This document shows, piece by piece, positions 38,560-51,723 of a stretch of 64,000 nucleotides of DNA. The DNA comes from Selaginella moellendorffii (taxonomy: Eukaryota; Plantae; Lycopodiophyta), in contig NW_003314270.1 in assembly GCF_000143415.4 (NCBI RefSeq), positions 963,538-1,027,537 of the forward strand. The letters are read 5' to 3'. The notes under the pieces were generated by a model. The model had not been told where the DNA came from and ran no database searches. It was given only the letters and a program-made list of their open reading frames with translations. Position 1 is the first letter of the stretch; each line of letters starts with the position of its first letter. A program made the position numbers and the translations under genes.

Positions 38560-39680
38560 GTATGCCAACTTTGAGGATGGATAAAAGAAGAGCTAATATC
38601 TTGCCACCATATCAACTTTATAATTGCTTTATTAATTTTGTGGAGGGGAAATCTCTACCATTTGGTCTTATTTATAATTTTTCATTAGTAAAGTTTATTA
38701 TATAGGCAAAGATTTTATTCAGTATTTTGAATTTTTAGTTGATATATCTGTTTTCTTTGAGTCTAGAAAAGACAGGTCTTTTTATTTAGTGGTTGATTAC
38801 TACAATCTAAACCAAGTCATCATTTTCAATTGATATTTACATCCATTAATCCTTGAGATGTTGAAGTAGCTCTCTAAGGCTTAGTTCATCAATAAGATTG
38901 ACTTACATAGCGCTTACAACTATATCTACATTTGGGAGGGTGATGAATAGAAAATAATTTTTCCTACTTATTATAGCCATTTTGAGTACATAGTGATATT
39001 TTTTTGTATGACCAACACATCTATTATTTTCCAACATATGGCAAATAACATTTTTCATAATCTTTTTATTGTCATCTATCTTAATGACACTCTTTTCTTC
39101 TTTGGAACTTAAGAAAAGCACCATTATCATATTAACATTGTTCTCTAGTGTCTTTGATGATACAACTTTCTTGTAAAGTTGGAGAAATATTTATTTTATC
39201 AAGATTCAGTGGAGATCTTAGACTATATCATTTCTGTATGTAGTATCATTATGAATCTTACAAAGGTTTCCACTGTTTTTGAGTGGCAACACCCAATTTC
39301 TATTTATGATATCCAACAAATTTTTATCAGTGTTTCATTCCCCTTTTATATGGCTAGTTATAAAAGATGCCCCTTTTATATGGTTTTATGTTGCTTAGCC
39401 TTCTATTGATCTCCTAAAATTTATATTAGTTCCATCTATTTAAACAACATGAAGTTATATTTTATTCAGGCTAATTCTTCAGATTTTGTTTTAGGTGTTG
39501 TCTTTTTGTAGAAGGGATTAAATAGTGAGTTTAGTCTATTCTTGAAAGTACACTACAAAAATTGATTATGACATATTCAATAAAGAATTGTTTACAATTG
39601 TAAACCCTTTTGAAGGTTAGTGTTATTTCCTTGAAGATTCTTCCTATGTGACCACTAATCACAAGAACCTTTAGTATTAA
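38560..39680 (+). mobile_element. Heavily decayed Ty3/gypsy RT-RNase H remnant
   Basis: ANILPPYQLYNC.INFVEGKSLPFGLIY, LEKYLFYQDSVEILDYIIS, FIQANSSDFVLGVV and NYDIFNKELFTIV, with many stops. Confidence 0.7.
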
Positions 39681-40945
39681 TCTTTAACAATTGAAAATCT
39701 AAGTGCAATTGTTAATTTTCATATTAAATTAGTTGAAGAAGAAGTGAGAAAAAGCTAAAACTATAGAGCTGCTCATAGAGCATATTTTCTAGCTCAAGTT
39801 TTGAACTAGATTTATGTGATAATTCTTCTTTAAATGTACTCATGGATGGTAAATATGATTTATATTAGTGATAAGTAAGAATATTAATTATTACTAACAA
39901 ATTAGGGAGAAAATCAAAACTGTTAGATTAAAGAATATCCTAAAATATGTCTGGATAATCTTAGTATATTCCTTACACACCATATTGAGCACTGAAAAAA
40001 AATTGGACCATATCTTTATCTATAATATAAAAGCAAAGCCAATCTAGAATTTTTAGCAAATCTTTTTTATATGAATCTTTCAAGGCTCTTAATAGTTTCC
40101 CAATCTTTGGAAACATCTTCCTCATATAAGGAATCAGAGCATTCCACTAATTCCTTTAATTGTGCTGCTAGTAACATCGTACACTTGCTTTTGATGTGTG
40201 ACCACGTTTGCTGACCACATCAAAGCAACTCAATACTTACAGACTACAAATCATACAATATTGACACATACAAATTGAAGAGATGGCTAATCTTTGCTGC
40301 ACTTAATTGGTCTTTTCCAAGGACATGTACGCAATGATCATTAAACAAGGGACCCTTTTCAAAGTAAGCTTTCTAGCCTCTAGAAGGACAAGAAGATGAG
40401 AGAAAAACAAAAGAAAAAAAAGGCAAGTTTTCGAGTGAGCTGCTTATGAAAGTATAAAACTGGTTTCAAGATAAGAGTGTGGAAAGAATTCTTACCAAAA
40501 TGAAAGGAGAGATCTTTAACAAATAAGCTAGTAATTTCTTACAAACTTTTTAACAAGCCCACCAATAGTCACTCACCTATGTAGCAATCAATGTAACCAA
40601 CCCATGATGAATAGAGCTACTTTGACTTGTCCTAATCCTATAGCTTTGAAGCAAAGCCTATAAAAGCATTTATGTACCTATAAACATACTCTTGTTTCCT
40701 GCCATTTTATGCCATGTCTTCTTAACAAAACTTGGGGTTGATGCTAAGGATTTAATATATTCTAATCAGGATTCGTATCAGGCTGCCCTTGGCAACCATT
40801 CATTTGCTCGAATAAAAGAGAAATGCTCCCCAAGGCTTAGGCAGAGTCCCATAAACAAGAAATCCAAAGAAGAAACCACCTTGGCATCCAACAAGCATAC
40901 ATGAATGCTAACAAGATGGATCTGCAAGTCTACATGGGAGCAAGG

Positions 40946-41037
40946 AAAAAAAAAATTTCGCACCATTTCTCCATTAAGGGACCATGCTAATCTTATCTGT
41001 AGTTGTTGCCATGTTTATCTGGTGTCTCCCAAGAGAT
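40946..41037 (-). ncRNA. U6 snRNA-derived sequence (variant or pseudogene, central ~20 nt deleted)
   Basis: Minus strand reads ATCTCTTGGGAGACACCAGATAAACATGGCAACAACTACAGATAAGATTAGCATGGTCCCTTAATGGAGAAATGGTGCGAAA-T10. It is colinear with plant U6 (5' stem-loop, ACAGAGAAGATTAGCATGG, GAGAAATGGT..AAATTTT). Confidence 0.85.
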
Positions 41038-41061
41038 ATTTAAGGGTGTGAGGCCAGAGAA

Positions 41062-41093
41062 GTAATAAGCGAAGAGCTTTGGGCACGTGGGAT
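41062..41093 (-). promoter_or_regulatory. snRNA-type promoter: USE-like ATCCCACGTG and TATA-like TTATTA at -31
   Basis: The plant USE consensus is RTCCCACATCG. These elements sit directly upstream of the U6-like start at 41037. Confidence 0.6.
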
Positions 41094-41099
41094 AGGGCT

Positions 41100-42505
41100 T
41101 CTATTCTGCTAAATCCCAGATCTTCTTTTGACTGTGGAACGATGCAATCTGAAAGCTGCTGCGCCAAGAACCTCCTGACTTGGAGGCGATTCCAGAAGTT
41201 GTTTCTTTTCCGGCAAGTGCCAACCCATTTGTTTCCCCATGTATCTGAAAACTCAGGTGATTGCTTGGGAGAAGGAGCTCTCTAGAATTTGAGAACGACC
41301 AAGGATCACTCAAGCTTCTTCAAATTGCTTTTCAATCTTGAGAAATGCCTCAAGTGGAGTTACATGCAAGAAGCATTGTTCGTGCCAGGAGTCTCTCTGC
41401 TCGGTTGCACTCATCGAGAGGTCTCTCGATGAGGTCGCCTGGGATTGGAGTTACTGAGAGTGATTTCACTTTCCCATTCTTCTGGCTTCTTTCGGTGGAA
41501 AGATATGCAGCTTGCATTGCCCAGAATGAGCATGCCATTTCGACAAGCTTAAATTGCAGGATGCCATCATGGAACTCGTTGGAGTGTGTTCGATCAATGC
41601 AACGACTGCAACATGTCAAAAATGAGAAGGACAAGCATGCTGTTGTGACTACAAAAAGTCCAACCGCATCGGATTCTTGAAACGGGCACTGTTTTGCTAA
41701 AATGGGAAGAGGTATCTGCCGTGGGTATAGCTACTTTGCACGACGATGGTCTTGGCAACAAGCATATGAGAGTAATTGCAACGTCTCTGAAAATTTCAAA
41801 TATAATTTAATGGATGGTGGTTTAGGTGAAATTTAGGTGAAATTAAAAAGGCAAAAAACATTAAAAGTTAAAAAAGTAGACATGTTTGGTTATTTCCGCT
41901 TTAAACTAGAAATTAATCAGTATTAGACTTTGCTCCAACCTTTATGAGTTAATAGTTATTATCACATTTCCTTTAATGGGTTTCTTTATTTAACCGTGCA
42001 TTTTGCATAATGCTTCAGTAGCTTAGATCTAAACAATTCATAGCCGTCGGATTTAATCTGAGACGCTGTAGAAATATATCTAAAGGCCAGTGTTTAGGGT
42101 AGGTCTGGGGCTGGGTTTCGCTGTTGGCGGCGGCGCTGGGAGGCGTTATTTTTTTCTCAAACCATCAAAATGCACACTGGTGGGTGCCCATTCTCAACGT
42201 GGCTACTCAGTATTCGTTTTGGGCTGTCGCTACTGTTTTGTACAGTACGTTGAGGCGGCCAAAGCGAGAGGAAGTCGGGGAATCGAAGCCCCCGGCTGCC
42301 CCACACTTAGATGTAGGATTTTCGATTGTGTGAAACTACTAACAAGCAGGAGCGAAGACCAGCTACCCAGCCCTCTTTTGGGGATTTCCTCTTTGAGGAG
42401 AACCCCTCCAAAACAAAAAACGAAGAAGCATTCCTTTCGTTTTTTTGTCTTCGAAACAGTGGCTGTCTTGTTGCTTGACAAGGATTAGGGTTCACGGGCG
42501 CCTCC
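41100..42505 (+). repeat. Left arm of a ~1.4-kb inverted duplication
   Basis: 42030-42500 is the near-identical reverse complement of 43785-44295. 41100-41620 is a more diverged reverse complement of 44490-45115. Confidence 0.88.
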
Positions 42506-42576
42506 CCTCTCGTTTCTCAGCATGTTTCTCTTGGAAGTGAGCCCCAGCTGAAATCAAGTTCGACCGCAGAGCTAAC

Positions 42577-42676
42577 NNNNNNNNNNNNNNNNNNNNNNNN
42601 NNNNNNNNNNNNNNNNNNNNNNNNNNNNNNNNNNNNNNNNNNNNNNNNNNNNNNNNNNNNNNNNNNNNNNNNNNNN
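42577..42676. other. Assembly gap (100 N)
   Basis: Run of N. Confidence 1.
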
Positions 42677-42849
42677 CAGTCTTCTTTATTATAACTGGCG
42701 AAAAAAAACTTGCTTCTTAGTTTTGAGATTTGCCGGGCCAAGATCTCCCATGGCTGCTAGATTTCATATCTTCCTCCAAATCTTCAGCTGTCCCATCCAA
42801 CTTCTCCCATCCCATCCATCTAAAATCCTCTCGGTAACTCAATCCTGAA

Positions 42850-43690
42850 ATCCTCAGTTTTATATTTTAGTGTTAATCTTCATTCCGGAAAGTTTTCTTT
42901 TAATTCTAAGGCTGCTTTGACAAGTTCCTCCAGAGGGCAAGATTTTAAGTAAGTTTTTCAAAGAGTTTCTATTGATCTTATACTCTGCACGGCTGTGCCT
43001 TGCGGTATCTGCTTCAGCTGAAGTAGCTTTTATGGACATGCCAAGGATGTGATCCTCCCTGTAAGGGGCGAGTGGATCTTCATGTATATATATCATGTAA
43101 CTCAAATTATCCAGGTAGCTCTCAATTTTATCATGAGTCAGGTTCTCAGCACTTTGTACTTTGACCAGTCGATATTTGTTAATACTAGTTACATCTAAAT
43201 CTAGCACATACCGGACAGTCCCGAACGATTTACCCATGCTCTTGGGATCTGCCTCTGGAGCTCTTCCAGGTAGACGCTGCTAGGAAGTTATCTGCAAATT
43301 GAAAATCAGACGCATTCATCTCAGGCAGGCCAAGGAAAGTCATGCAAGAAAGAATTCCAGGAAGTGGAAACTTACCAGGATTAAGTCGTGGCACTGATCT
43401 ATGAGCAATGGTTAGGCGAGAGAGGGGTATGATACCAAAAGTTCATGGCCGTCCATGGTATGATGAAGATCAGCTACAAGCTCGACGAAATCCCGGTGAT
43501 CTTGTCTCTGCCGCTCCTTTAGGGGTCATGAGCAATCGGAAGAAACTGAAGTTCGCGAGTATGAAGTGTTCTTATGGTTTGTAGTTCCCTGTTCTTTGTT
43601 GTTTATCAAGCTTGCAGGGAGGCCTTGCACACGAGGAGTTCTTGATCATGTTCCCTCCAAGTTCGGATTTGGCAATGCCTGAAAATATTG
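42850..43690 (-). pseudogene. Spliced gene fragment of unknown family, between the inverted arms
   Basis: A gtaag...tttgcag intron lies at ~43292-43375. The 125-aa ORF at 42860-43237 is paralogous to 35340-35570. Confidence 0.4.
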
Positions 43691-43784
43691 ATTGAATCAA
43701 GGTGAATTTTCCCCACCTTTCTTTGTGGGCTTGAAGACTTGGGGATCGAGCGGAAGAAGCTGCTGGCGAGAGGGGATGCGCTGG

Positions 43785-45115
43785 GAAACGCCCGTGAACC
43801 CTAATCCTTGTCAAGCAACAAGACAGACACTGTTTCGAAGACAAAAAAACGGAAGGAATGCTTCTTCTTCGTTTTTTGTTTTGGAGGGGTTCTCCTCAAA
43901 GAGGAAATCCCCAAAAGAGGGCTGGGTAGCTGGTCTTCGATCCTGCTTGTTAGTAGTTTCACACAATCAAAAATCCTACATCTAAGTGTGGGGCAGCCGG
44001 GGGCTTCGATTCCCCGACTTCCTCTCGCTTTGGCCGCCTCAACGTACTGTGCAAAACAGTAGCGACAGCCCAAAACGAATACTGAGTAGCCACGTTGAGA
44101 ATGGGCACCCCACCAGTGTGCATTTTGATGGTCTGAGAAAAAAATAACGCCTCCTGCCACGCCGCCTCCTCCCAGCGCCGCCGCCAACAGCGAAACCCAG
44201 CCCCCTCGAGACTTCCCCTAAACACTAGCCTTTAGATATATTTCTTAAGCTTCAGGATTCGTCAGATTAAATCCGACGGCTATAAATTGTTTAAGCTACT
44301 AAATAAAGAAACTCATTAAAGTAAATGTGAGGTAAATAATAATGACTATTAACTCGTAAAGGTTGAGCAAAGTCGTAGTTTTTATTTAAAGGCAGATCTT
44401 ACTTTCAATACACCTTTGGTTTTACCATTTTAATTTTTACCATCTATTAAATTAATTGAACTCTTGAATGATAGCATCCGCAGTCATGGTTGTCCATCGA
44501 ACAGCGCTCCAACGAGTTCCATGACGGCATCCTGCGATTTAGAACCAGAGTAACGAAGATTTGATGCGCACCCTCGAGGAACAGTTTCATTTCAGCCGAT
44601 GATTTCCTGGCAAGCAGCCGGAAGAAGCCGGAAGAATGGGAAAGTGAAACTGTTCTCAGTAAGAGTGTTTCCAGTCTGTAAGCTTGTCTGATGCTCAAAA
44701 CCTCGCCTTGAGTGCACCTCTCTATCAGCTGCTCAACCGAGTAGAGAGACTCCCGGAACCAGCCATTCTTCTTGCGAACGCGCACAGCAGTCGCTGAGTA
44801 CGAGCTTGGCGTGTAACTCCAGCATTTCGCGACCAAGGATCACTCAAGCTTCTTAGAATGTAAGCCTTTCGAGAGCTCCTTCTCCAGAGCAATCACCCGA
44901 GCTTTCAGATATGTATATGTTCCTGGGAAACAAATGGGTGGGCACTCGGCGGAAAAAGAAACAAGTGCCTCCAAGTCAGGAAGTTCTTGGCGCAGCAGTT
45001 TCGGATTGCATCAGTATGGAACTCGAGAGCCGCCACATGCTTCTTGAGCTCCACAGTATCGAGAAAGCGCATCGCCTTAGGGTTCTTCTGCGCTTTTCAG
45101 GGATTTTAGTAATAT
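43785..45115 (-). repeat. Right arm of the inverted duplication
   Basis: Reverse complement of 41100-42505. Confidence 0.88.
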
Positions 45116-46229
45116 GCATGGCCGATTCGCGAATATTGTTTTCTTCAGCAAAGTGACAAGGTGAGTGGCAAATAATTGAGAAGTACAAACTCAAGCGACG
45201 CGTGTGTACAGTTTCTCTTCTTCCCCGCAAGAAAAATTCCCTGGAACTGGCCGAAATTAATCTGGTAAGTGAGCAGTTCTTTGTTTTCACCCGTAAGTTT
45301 TAATGCAATTGCTGTGGTCCTTGCTGTTTCAAGGTGTGAGCAACAGAGTCTTTCCCCAACAAAATGCACTTCACATTTGCAAATGGAATCAAAAAGTGAC
45401 CAATGACTGTCATGGTCTGGAAGGATTTTGCCTCGTATCAGCATTGCCTTTTATCATTTCTCTCTCTAGTATTGCTTTCCACTTATAGCCTGATCTCTTC
45501 ATATGTTATTTTAATTGGCTCCTTAATTTTAGGTATGGCACTTGTTGGTTAGGGGGTTAGTGACAAGGAAGTGGATGAACCTTTTAATTGCAATCTCTTT
45601 AGCAATGTTTGAGGCTTTTGTTGGATACATTAGATGCTTGAGGTGTTGCATCAAGACACTAGGCTGTGTAGAGGCACTGAGCAATAAATAGCAATAAGTA
45701 GAGCATAAAGCTAATGAGAGATTGAGAGATTTCAACAACTTACACCAAGAATTTGGTTCAAGATTCAAAAATATTTTCATAGCAATTCTTTATAGAAATT
45801 TTCAACAATTGAGAAGGATGATTCAAGGATGGTAGTAACAAAAGTGGGAGCATAGCCATTGGAAAAACTTAAAATCTTTTTAAAAAAGTTTCCATCTCAG
45901 ATAAAAAATGACTCTAAATTTAATAATGCAAATTTTCAAGACTCAACAATGAAGTACCCAAAACTTAATTCTTAGTTTTGCCCTTGCTTGCACACACTCT
46001 TGCTCATTACTATAGTTTTAATTTTGCCATTAGTATGTGGTCTTCGTTGCAAACTATTAATCTATTAATCATTTTGTCTGAAAACCATTATAAACTAGTG
46101 AACAAAAAGTTGACTTTAGTTACTTTAGATTTATGCATCCCCTTTTCTAGCTATCTTTCTTTCTTGATTTTGGCCAATCTTTGGAGCATACTTGAAGTCA
46201 TCATGATGTTGCATTTGCATATTACACTT

Positions 46230-46660
46230 TTCTAAGGCAAAATCCAAGTATGGGTTAAATTTTTTGGATACTCACTATTTTTCTTCTATTTTTTTTTCTT
46301 TCCACACTTTTTTTCATTTTTTCTTCTACATTAGGGTCTAGTTTGACTATAGGGTTTCTCACTAGGTTTTCCTCCCTATCTTCAAACTTTACACCTACCC
46401 TATTTCTTTCTTTACCCACTTTCTTTTCTAGAGTTTCTATTAGTTCACGCAATTACCAACATTTGGTATCAACTCTTCAAAGGGTTCTCATATGTCTAGA
46501 GTCAGCACGATTCACCATGGTCATATGTTAGGGCATGGGCTTGGAGCCTAAACATTGGGCTTATCCATTAAGCTTAGAGCCTAAACAAGCACTATTACCT
46601 TATCAAGTTAGATTTCCAATTAGTGTTTAAAAAGTTATACAAAAAATGGTAGGTTATACC
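46230..46660 (+). mobile_element. Old LTR end with Met-tRNA PBS and internal remnant
   Basis: ...ccaaca-tt-tggtatca at ~46456-46471. The downstream sequence resembles the reverse complement of 56230-56315. Confidence 0.45.
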
Positions 46661-47242
46661 TACTCTGAAGAGTATGAGGCAAAAGCAAAGATGATTTGAA
46701 TGTGATGGCATGAAGATGGCTATATAGACCTAAGTTGTCTACCACAATTTGAGTCATGGTTAGGGTGGTGGGAAGTTAGGATGTTCCAATAGAGACATCA
46801 TTCTCTTTCTTCTTCTCATTTTATTGCCTTTTCATATCATCTTTTTCATTAATACCAACCACTTGAGGATCTTGCATACACCCCAACTATGAATCTCTTA
46901 GAGAGTAAGCATTGGAGTTGGCATTCTTTTGGCATTTGAGGAAGGAAGATATATAGGAATAGGACCTTTAGTTGAGATGTTATATGATCGGATGAAGAAG
47001 AAAGTGACTCCACTAGCACAAATAGTGGCAACTATAGTGGAGGAAGTGGTTTATAGCACATCTATGGAATACATTCCTTGGGCTTCTAAAGATTATCCAC
47101 TCAAAGCATTGTTTTTCCTTTGCTAGTGAAGAAGTTGATAAGGACCTTGGAGTGAAAAGCTCTCATACATCTAATGTTGAGTACCATTTTACTCTAAGAC
47201 ACCACCCCTAAGATTGAACTACCTCAAATGGCTAATGAAAAT

Positions 47243-50200
47243 TGTTATGATCCAATGCAAAAAAACAAAAATCTAGTTGCCCTAGACTATGCTATGCCAC
47301 CTCTTGAGGTTCTTCACCACCCAACCACCCCCGAGCTACCTCAAAAGCTCCACTATGCCGCCATTCCACTGTGAGCCCTAGGGTAGGTTAAGTCTCTTAC
47401 CCTAACATGCCTTAATATACCCTTGAGCCTCCCTTTGACCAACGTTGACCACATAGTCAAAGCTGGCGCCTAACAATTCTTCCCCCCCAACAAAGTCTTT
47501 GTCCCAAGGACGAGTTGTACCGATGATCACCCTTTCTGGGGAACTTTGCTCAAGCTCCTGGTCCATCTTCTACAACTGTATACATCAAGGAGGCATTGGG
47601 CCCGTCACTCCGAGATAGTACACCTTTCAACTAACTGACATAAAATACTGGATGAATTTTCACCCCAGTTGGTAGCCATACCTTATAAGCTGCTTTACCA
47701 ATGCGCTCTAGCACTTCATATGGACCAGCATATCAATATGAAAGTTTATCACTCTTCCCTGTCCGTAAAGGCACCAAGGTGTTCCACCACTCACTTGATG
47801 GAAAGATCATGTGCACAAAGACGAGATCACTTACCTTATATTCCTAGAATTGGTGAAACTTCTTCGCTCTATTCTGAGCTACTTGCAAATTCCGTTTGCA
47901 CACCACCAGAATCTCATCAAGTTCTGTGGCCAAATCAGTCGTCTCGGAATCAAGCTTATCTTGAACATCCTTACTCAAATGCAATCCCAACTCCATTGCT
48001 ATTCGAGAATGCCTTCCAAACATGGCAAAGTAAGGATTTAGCTTGGTTCCATTGTATTGGCTATTTTTGTAAGCAAATTGCACCAACGGAAGATGTAAAT
48101 CCCACTATCCTTGCCTTTGACCAATGCTACAACGTAGCATATCCTCCACCACTTGATTTACACGCTCAGTTTGCCCATCTATTTGAGGATGATCTCCACT
48201 CGAGAGTTTCAAAGTCACTTGCATAGCCTTTGCAAATCTTTTCCAAAATCCACTAGTGAACTTTGAATCTCGATCATTAATGATGTCCTTTGGCAAACCA
48301 AAATCAGGAAAAACCTTCTCCAAGTAAACCGTAGCCAAGTCCGAGGCAGTGACAGTCTTTCGAAGAGCCAACAACCGCACATACTTCGTCAACCGATCCA
48401 CTATGACCCATACTTGCTCCTTTTGCCTCTGTGTTCGTGGCAAACAAGTCCATAGAGATACTACACCAATGGCTCTGAGAAATAGGTAAAGGTTGCAAAA
48501 GTCCCCTTGGCTTCTCCCGTGGCACCTTACCCGTTGACAAAGCTCGCATGATTTACAATACTTGAGGATATCAGCCTTCATATTCCTTTAATAAAAGTTG
48601 CGCTTAATCAACTCATACGTCTTCTTCCCCCCAAAATGACCGGCCTTTGGACGATCATGACAGTGGAATAAAACTTGAGTAATTAACGCATCCACCCATG
48701 GCAAATATACACGGCCATTGTAATAGAGAATCCCATCCACCAATGAGAAAGGAGCTTCCATCTGGTCTCGCAAAGAGGCCACCTCAGCATCCTGAGCCTG
48801 AGCATGCTCAACCAACTGCCCAAACTCACTGACCACCTTACTCAAATGATGACAAAATCATGTTTGTAATGTCGTCACATGACGAACACGAGATAAAGCA
48901 TTTGCCACCACATTTGATTTTCCTGGACGATGCTTAATAGGAAACTCCCCAAACTCCATGAGTTTGACCATCCAACGAGCTTGCCTAGTGTTCAACTCCT
49001 TCTGTGTGAAAAGATACACAAGTGGTTTGTGATCTGTCAACACCACGAATATTGCACCATAAAGATAGTGCCACCATGTCCGCAAAGCATGAACAATAGA
49101 GAGTAACTCTTGTTCATATGTGGAATAGCGTTGCTCCGTGGAATTCAAAGTTCAACTCTCATATGCAATAGGCTGTCCCTCTTGCATGAAAACTCCTCCT
49201 AGTGCATAACCACTCGCATTGCATGTCACCTCGTAAGGTTTCAATGGATCAGCAATGCAAAGCATTGGAGTTTCGCTCGAAAATCGTTTCAGTGCCACAA
49301 AACTCTCCTCTTGTGGCTTCTTCCACTCGAATGGCACATTCTTGTGTAACAACCGCGTCAAAGGAATAGCCACCTCTGCAAACTTATGCTAGAAATGTCG
49401 GTAGTAACTAGCTATACCAAAAAAACTACGCAACTCGACCACTGTAGTTGGTGTAGGCCAATTTTCCACCACAACCATCTTTCTTGGATCCGTCTTGACA
49501 CCCTTAGATGTCACAATATAGCCTAGATATTCCACCTCCAACTTTGCAAATTCACATTTGCTCTTCTTCGCATAAAGTTTGTTGTCTCAAAGTAACAAAA
49601 AAACCTTGCACAAATGCACCCTATGCTCCTCCATATTCTTGCTAAAAACAAGAATATTATCCAAGAAAATCTCCACAAACTCATAAAGATAACATCTAAA
49701 TACCTCCGTCATCAACCGAGTAAATATGGCCGGTGCATTTGTCAAACCAAACGGCATAACTGTAAACTCAAAATGTCCGAAACTTGTGTTGAATGCCATC
49801 TTGGAGATAAATGCATCATCCATTTCAATATTATGATATCCACTCCTCAGATCAATCTTGGTAAACACTCGTGCTTCACCAAGCTTGTCCAGGATATCAT
49901 CCACACGTGGCATTAGCATCTTATCCTTCATTGTCTTTTTGTTTAAAGTGCGGTAGTCAATACACATCCATATTGAACTGTCCTTCACAAGCAAGACTAG
50001 AGCACCAAACAAAGACTTATTTGGCTGAATAAATCCAAACTCAAGTAACTCCTTGATTTGTCGTTGAACTTCTTGCTCTTCCGCATAACTTAACCAAAAT
50101 GGACGCCGGTAAATTGGCCGTGTCCCTGGCTCTAATGTAATCCCATGCTCCACACCTCGTAATGGAGGCAACCCATGAGGAAGTTCATGTGGAAAAACAT

Positions 50201-51717
50201 CAGAAAACTTGTCTAGTACATCCCGTACTGTTGCTTCTCACCCACACGTGCCTTGGTCCCCCAAGTCACGAACAAACAGCAAGTAACCACGGAACACGCC
50301 CTCTAGCATTAAAGCTGATTCATGCGTATCCTCAAGTTCCATCTTGTTCCACACACAATTGAGTTGATGAGCAATGATTGAAAGTCTCTTCCTCCAACTG
50401 GAATGGTCGTTCTCGTCATCCTCACGCTGTAAAGTTTGCAACTTTTTAATATCTAACTTACCGTGAGAAGAAGATTAGCCATTCTTCCTATCCTGCTACT
50501 TGTTCTTCAACTACGGACAATTAGGCTTGTAGTGTCCAAGTTCACCGCAATGATGACAACCCTGTCTATAATTCTTCACAAAAAACTTCTACTTCTTGGA
50601 CCCCTTTGCATCCGAAGTAGTCACCATTGACTTCAACTTGTGATGCTTGTTCCCATCCTTGTGTCCACAGCGATCATCACGACGATTCTCGATAGAAAGA
50701 CTCCGCAAACGCTTGCGAGACTTGTGCTTGTCATTGTCAAGTCGACGAGCTGCATCAAAGAGCTCCTCCAAACTCTTTGTAGGCTGAGAATGACACAAGT
50801 GTTGCCGCATGCTCTTACTATGTAGGCCATCAATGAAGTAGGACTTGTTCTGATCTGGATCCTTCGTTGGAACATGACTAATCAAGTGCGTAAGTTTCTC
50901 AATATAGTCCCCAAGCATCATTTTCCCTTGCTGGAAATGTCGAAGTTCTGTATGAGCATTCTCCACGTCATAATGAGGGGAAAAACGTAAACGGAAAGTA
51001 GCCTCAAACTCATCTATGGTAGACACTAGTGGTTTTCTTATCCACAACACGGGACTTCTCAAGCCAATTCCACCATCGAAGACCCACATCACGCAAAACC
51101 ATTGGAATAGCCGCTAAAGCCTCTGCATCTGAAGTTCCCCTAGAAGCCAAGAACTTCTTCATATTGGCTAGCCAAGCGAGACACTTGTCCACACCACCAT
51201 CACCAGAAAAGGTTGAAATTTTGAGTCAATCTACCAAAGAAAGCTTACTTGGAGCACTACCTCGTCCAGCCTCGAGTGCCTCAACAGGCCCACGCATGGT
51301 ATCCATCATGCCATGCATCTCATCTTGCATCTCTTGCTGATTTCGATTAAGGGCTCGCAGCTCATGAACCACATCTTGAATGGTCTAAATCTCTGTAGCT
51401 TCTTCGGCACCATCGTTGGCACCACCATCGACAATAGGATTCCAGCGTTCATCTTGATTGGCCATTGCAACCAACTCCTCTGATACCAATGTTATGATCC
51501 AGCGCAAAAAGACAAAGATCTAATTGCCCTAGACTATGCTACGCCACCTCTTGAGGTTCCTCACCACCCAACTACCCCCGAGCTACCTCAAAAGCTCCAC
51601 TGCACTGCCACTGTGAGCCCTAGGGTAAGTTAAGTCCCTTACCCTAACATGCCTTAATATACCCTTGAGCTTCCCTTTGACCGATGTTGACCACGTAGTC
51701 AAAGCTGGTGCCTAACA
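47243..51717 (-). mobile_element. Ty3/gypsy LTR retrotransposon with two LTRs and defective coding (4.5 kb)
   Basis: LTRs 47243-47475 and 51490-51717. PBS tggtatcagagg (tRNA-Met) and PPT gggggggaagaat. Gag with CHHCGELGHYKPNC, RT (IDLRSGYH, MPFGLTNAPA, FLDN), RNase H (YEQELLSIVHAL) and integrase (GHFGGKKT, DRDSKFTS, HPQIDGQTER). Stops and frameshifts are present and no recognisable protease was found. Confidence 0.95.
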
Positions 51718-51723
51718 ATTAAA

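Noticed and set aside
42090-42488. 132-aa ORF and its inverted 128-aa copy
   Set aside because: Non-ATG starts, frames differ between copies at the 5' end, and no family motif.
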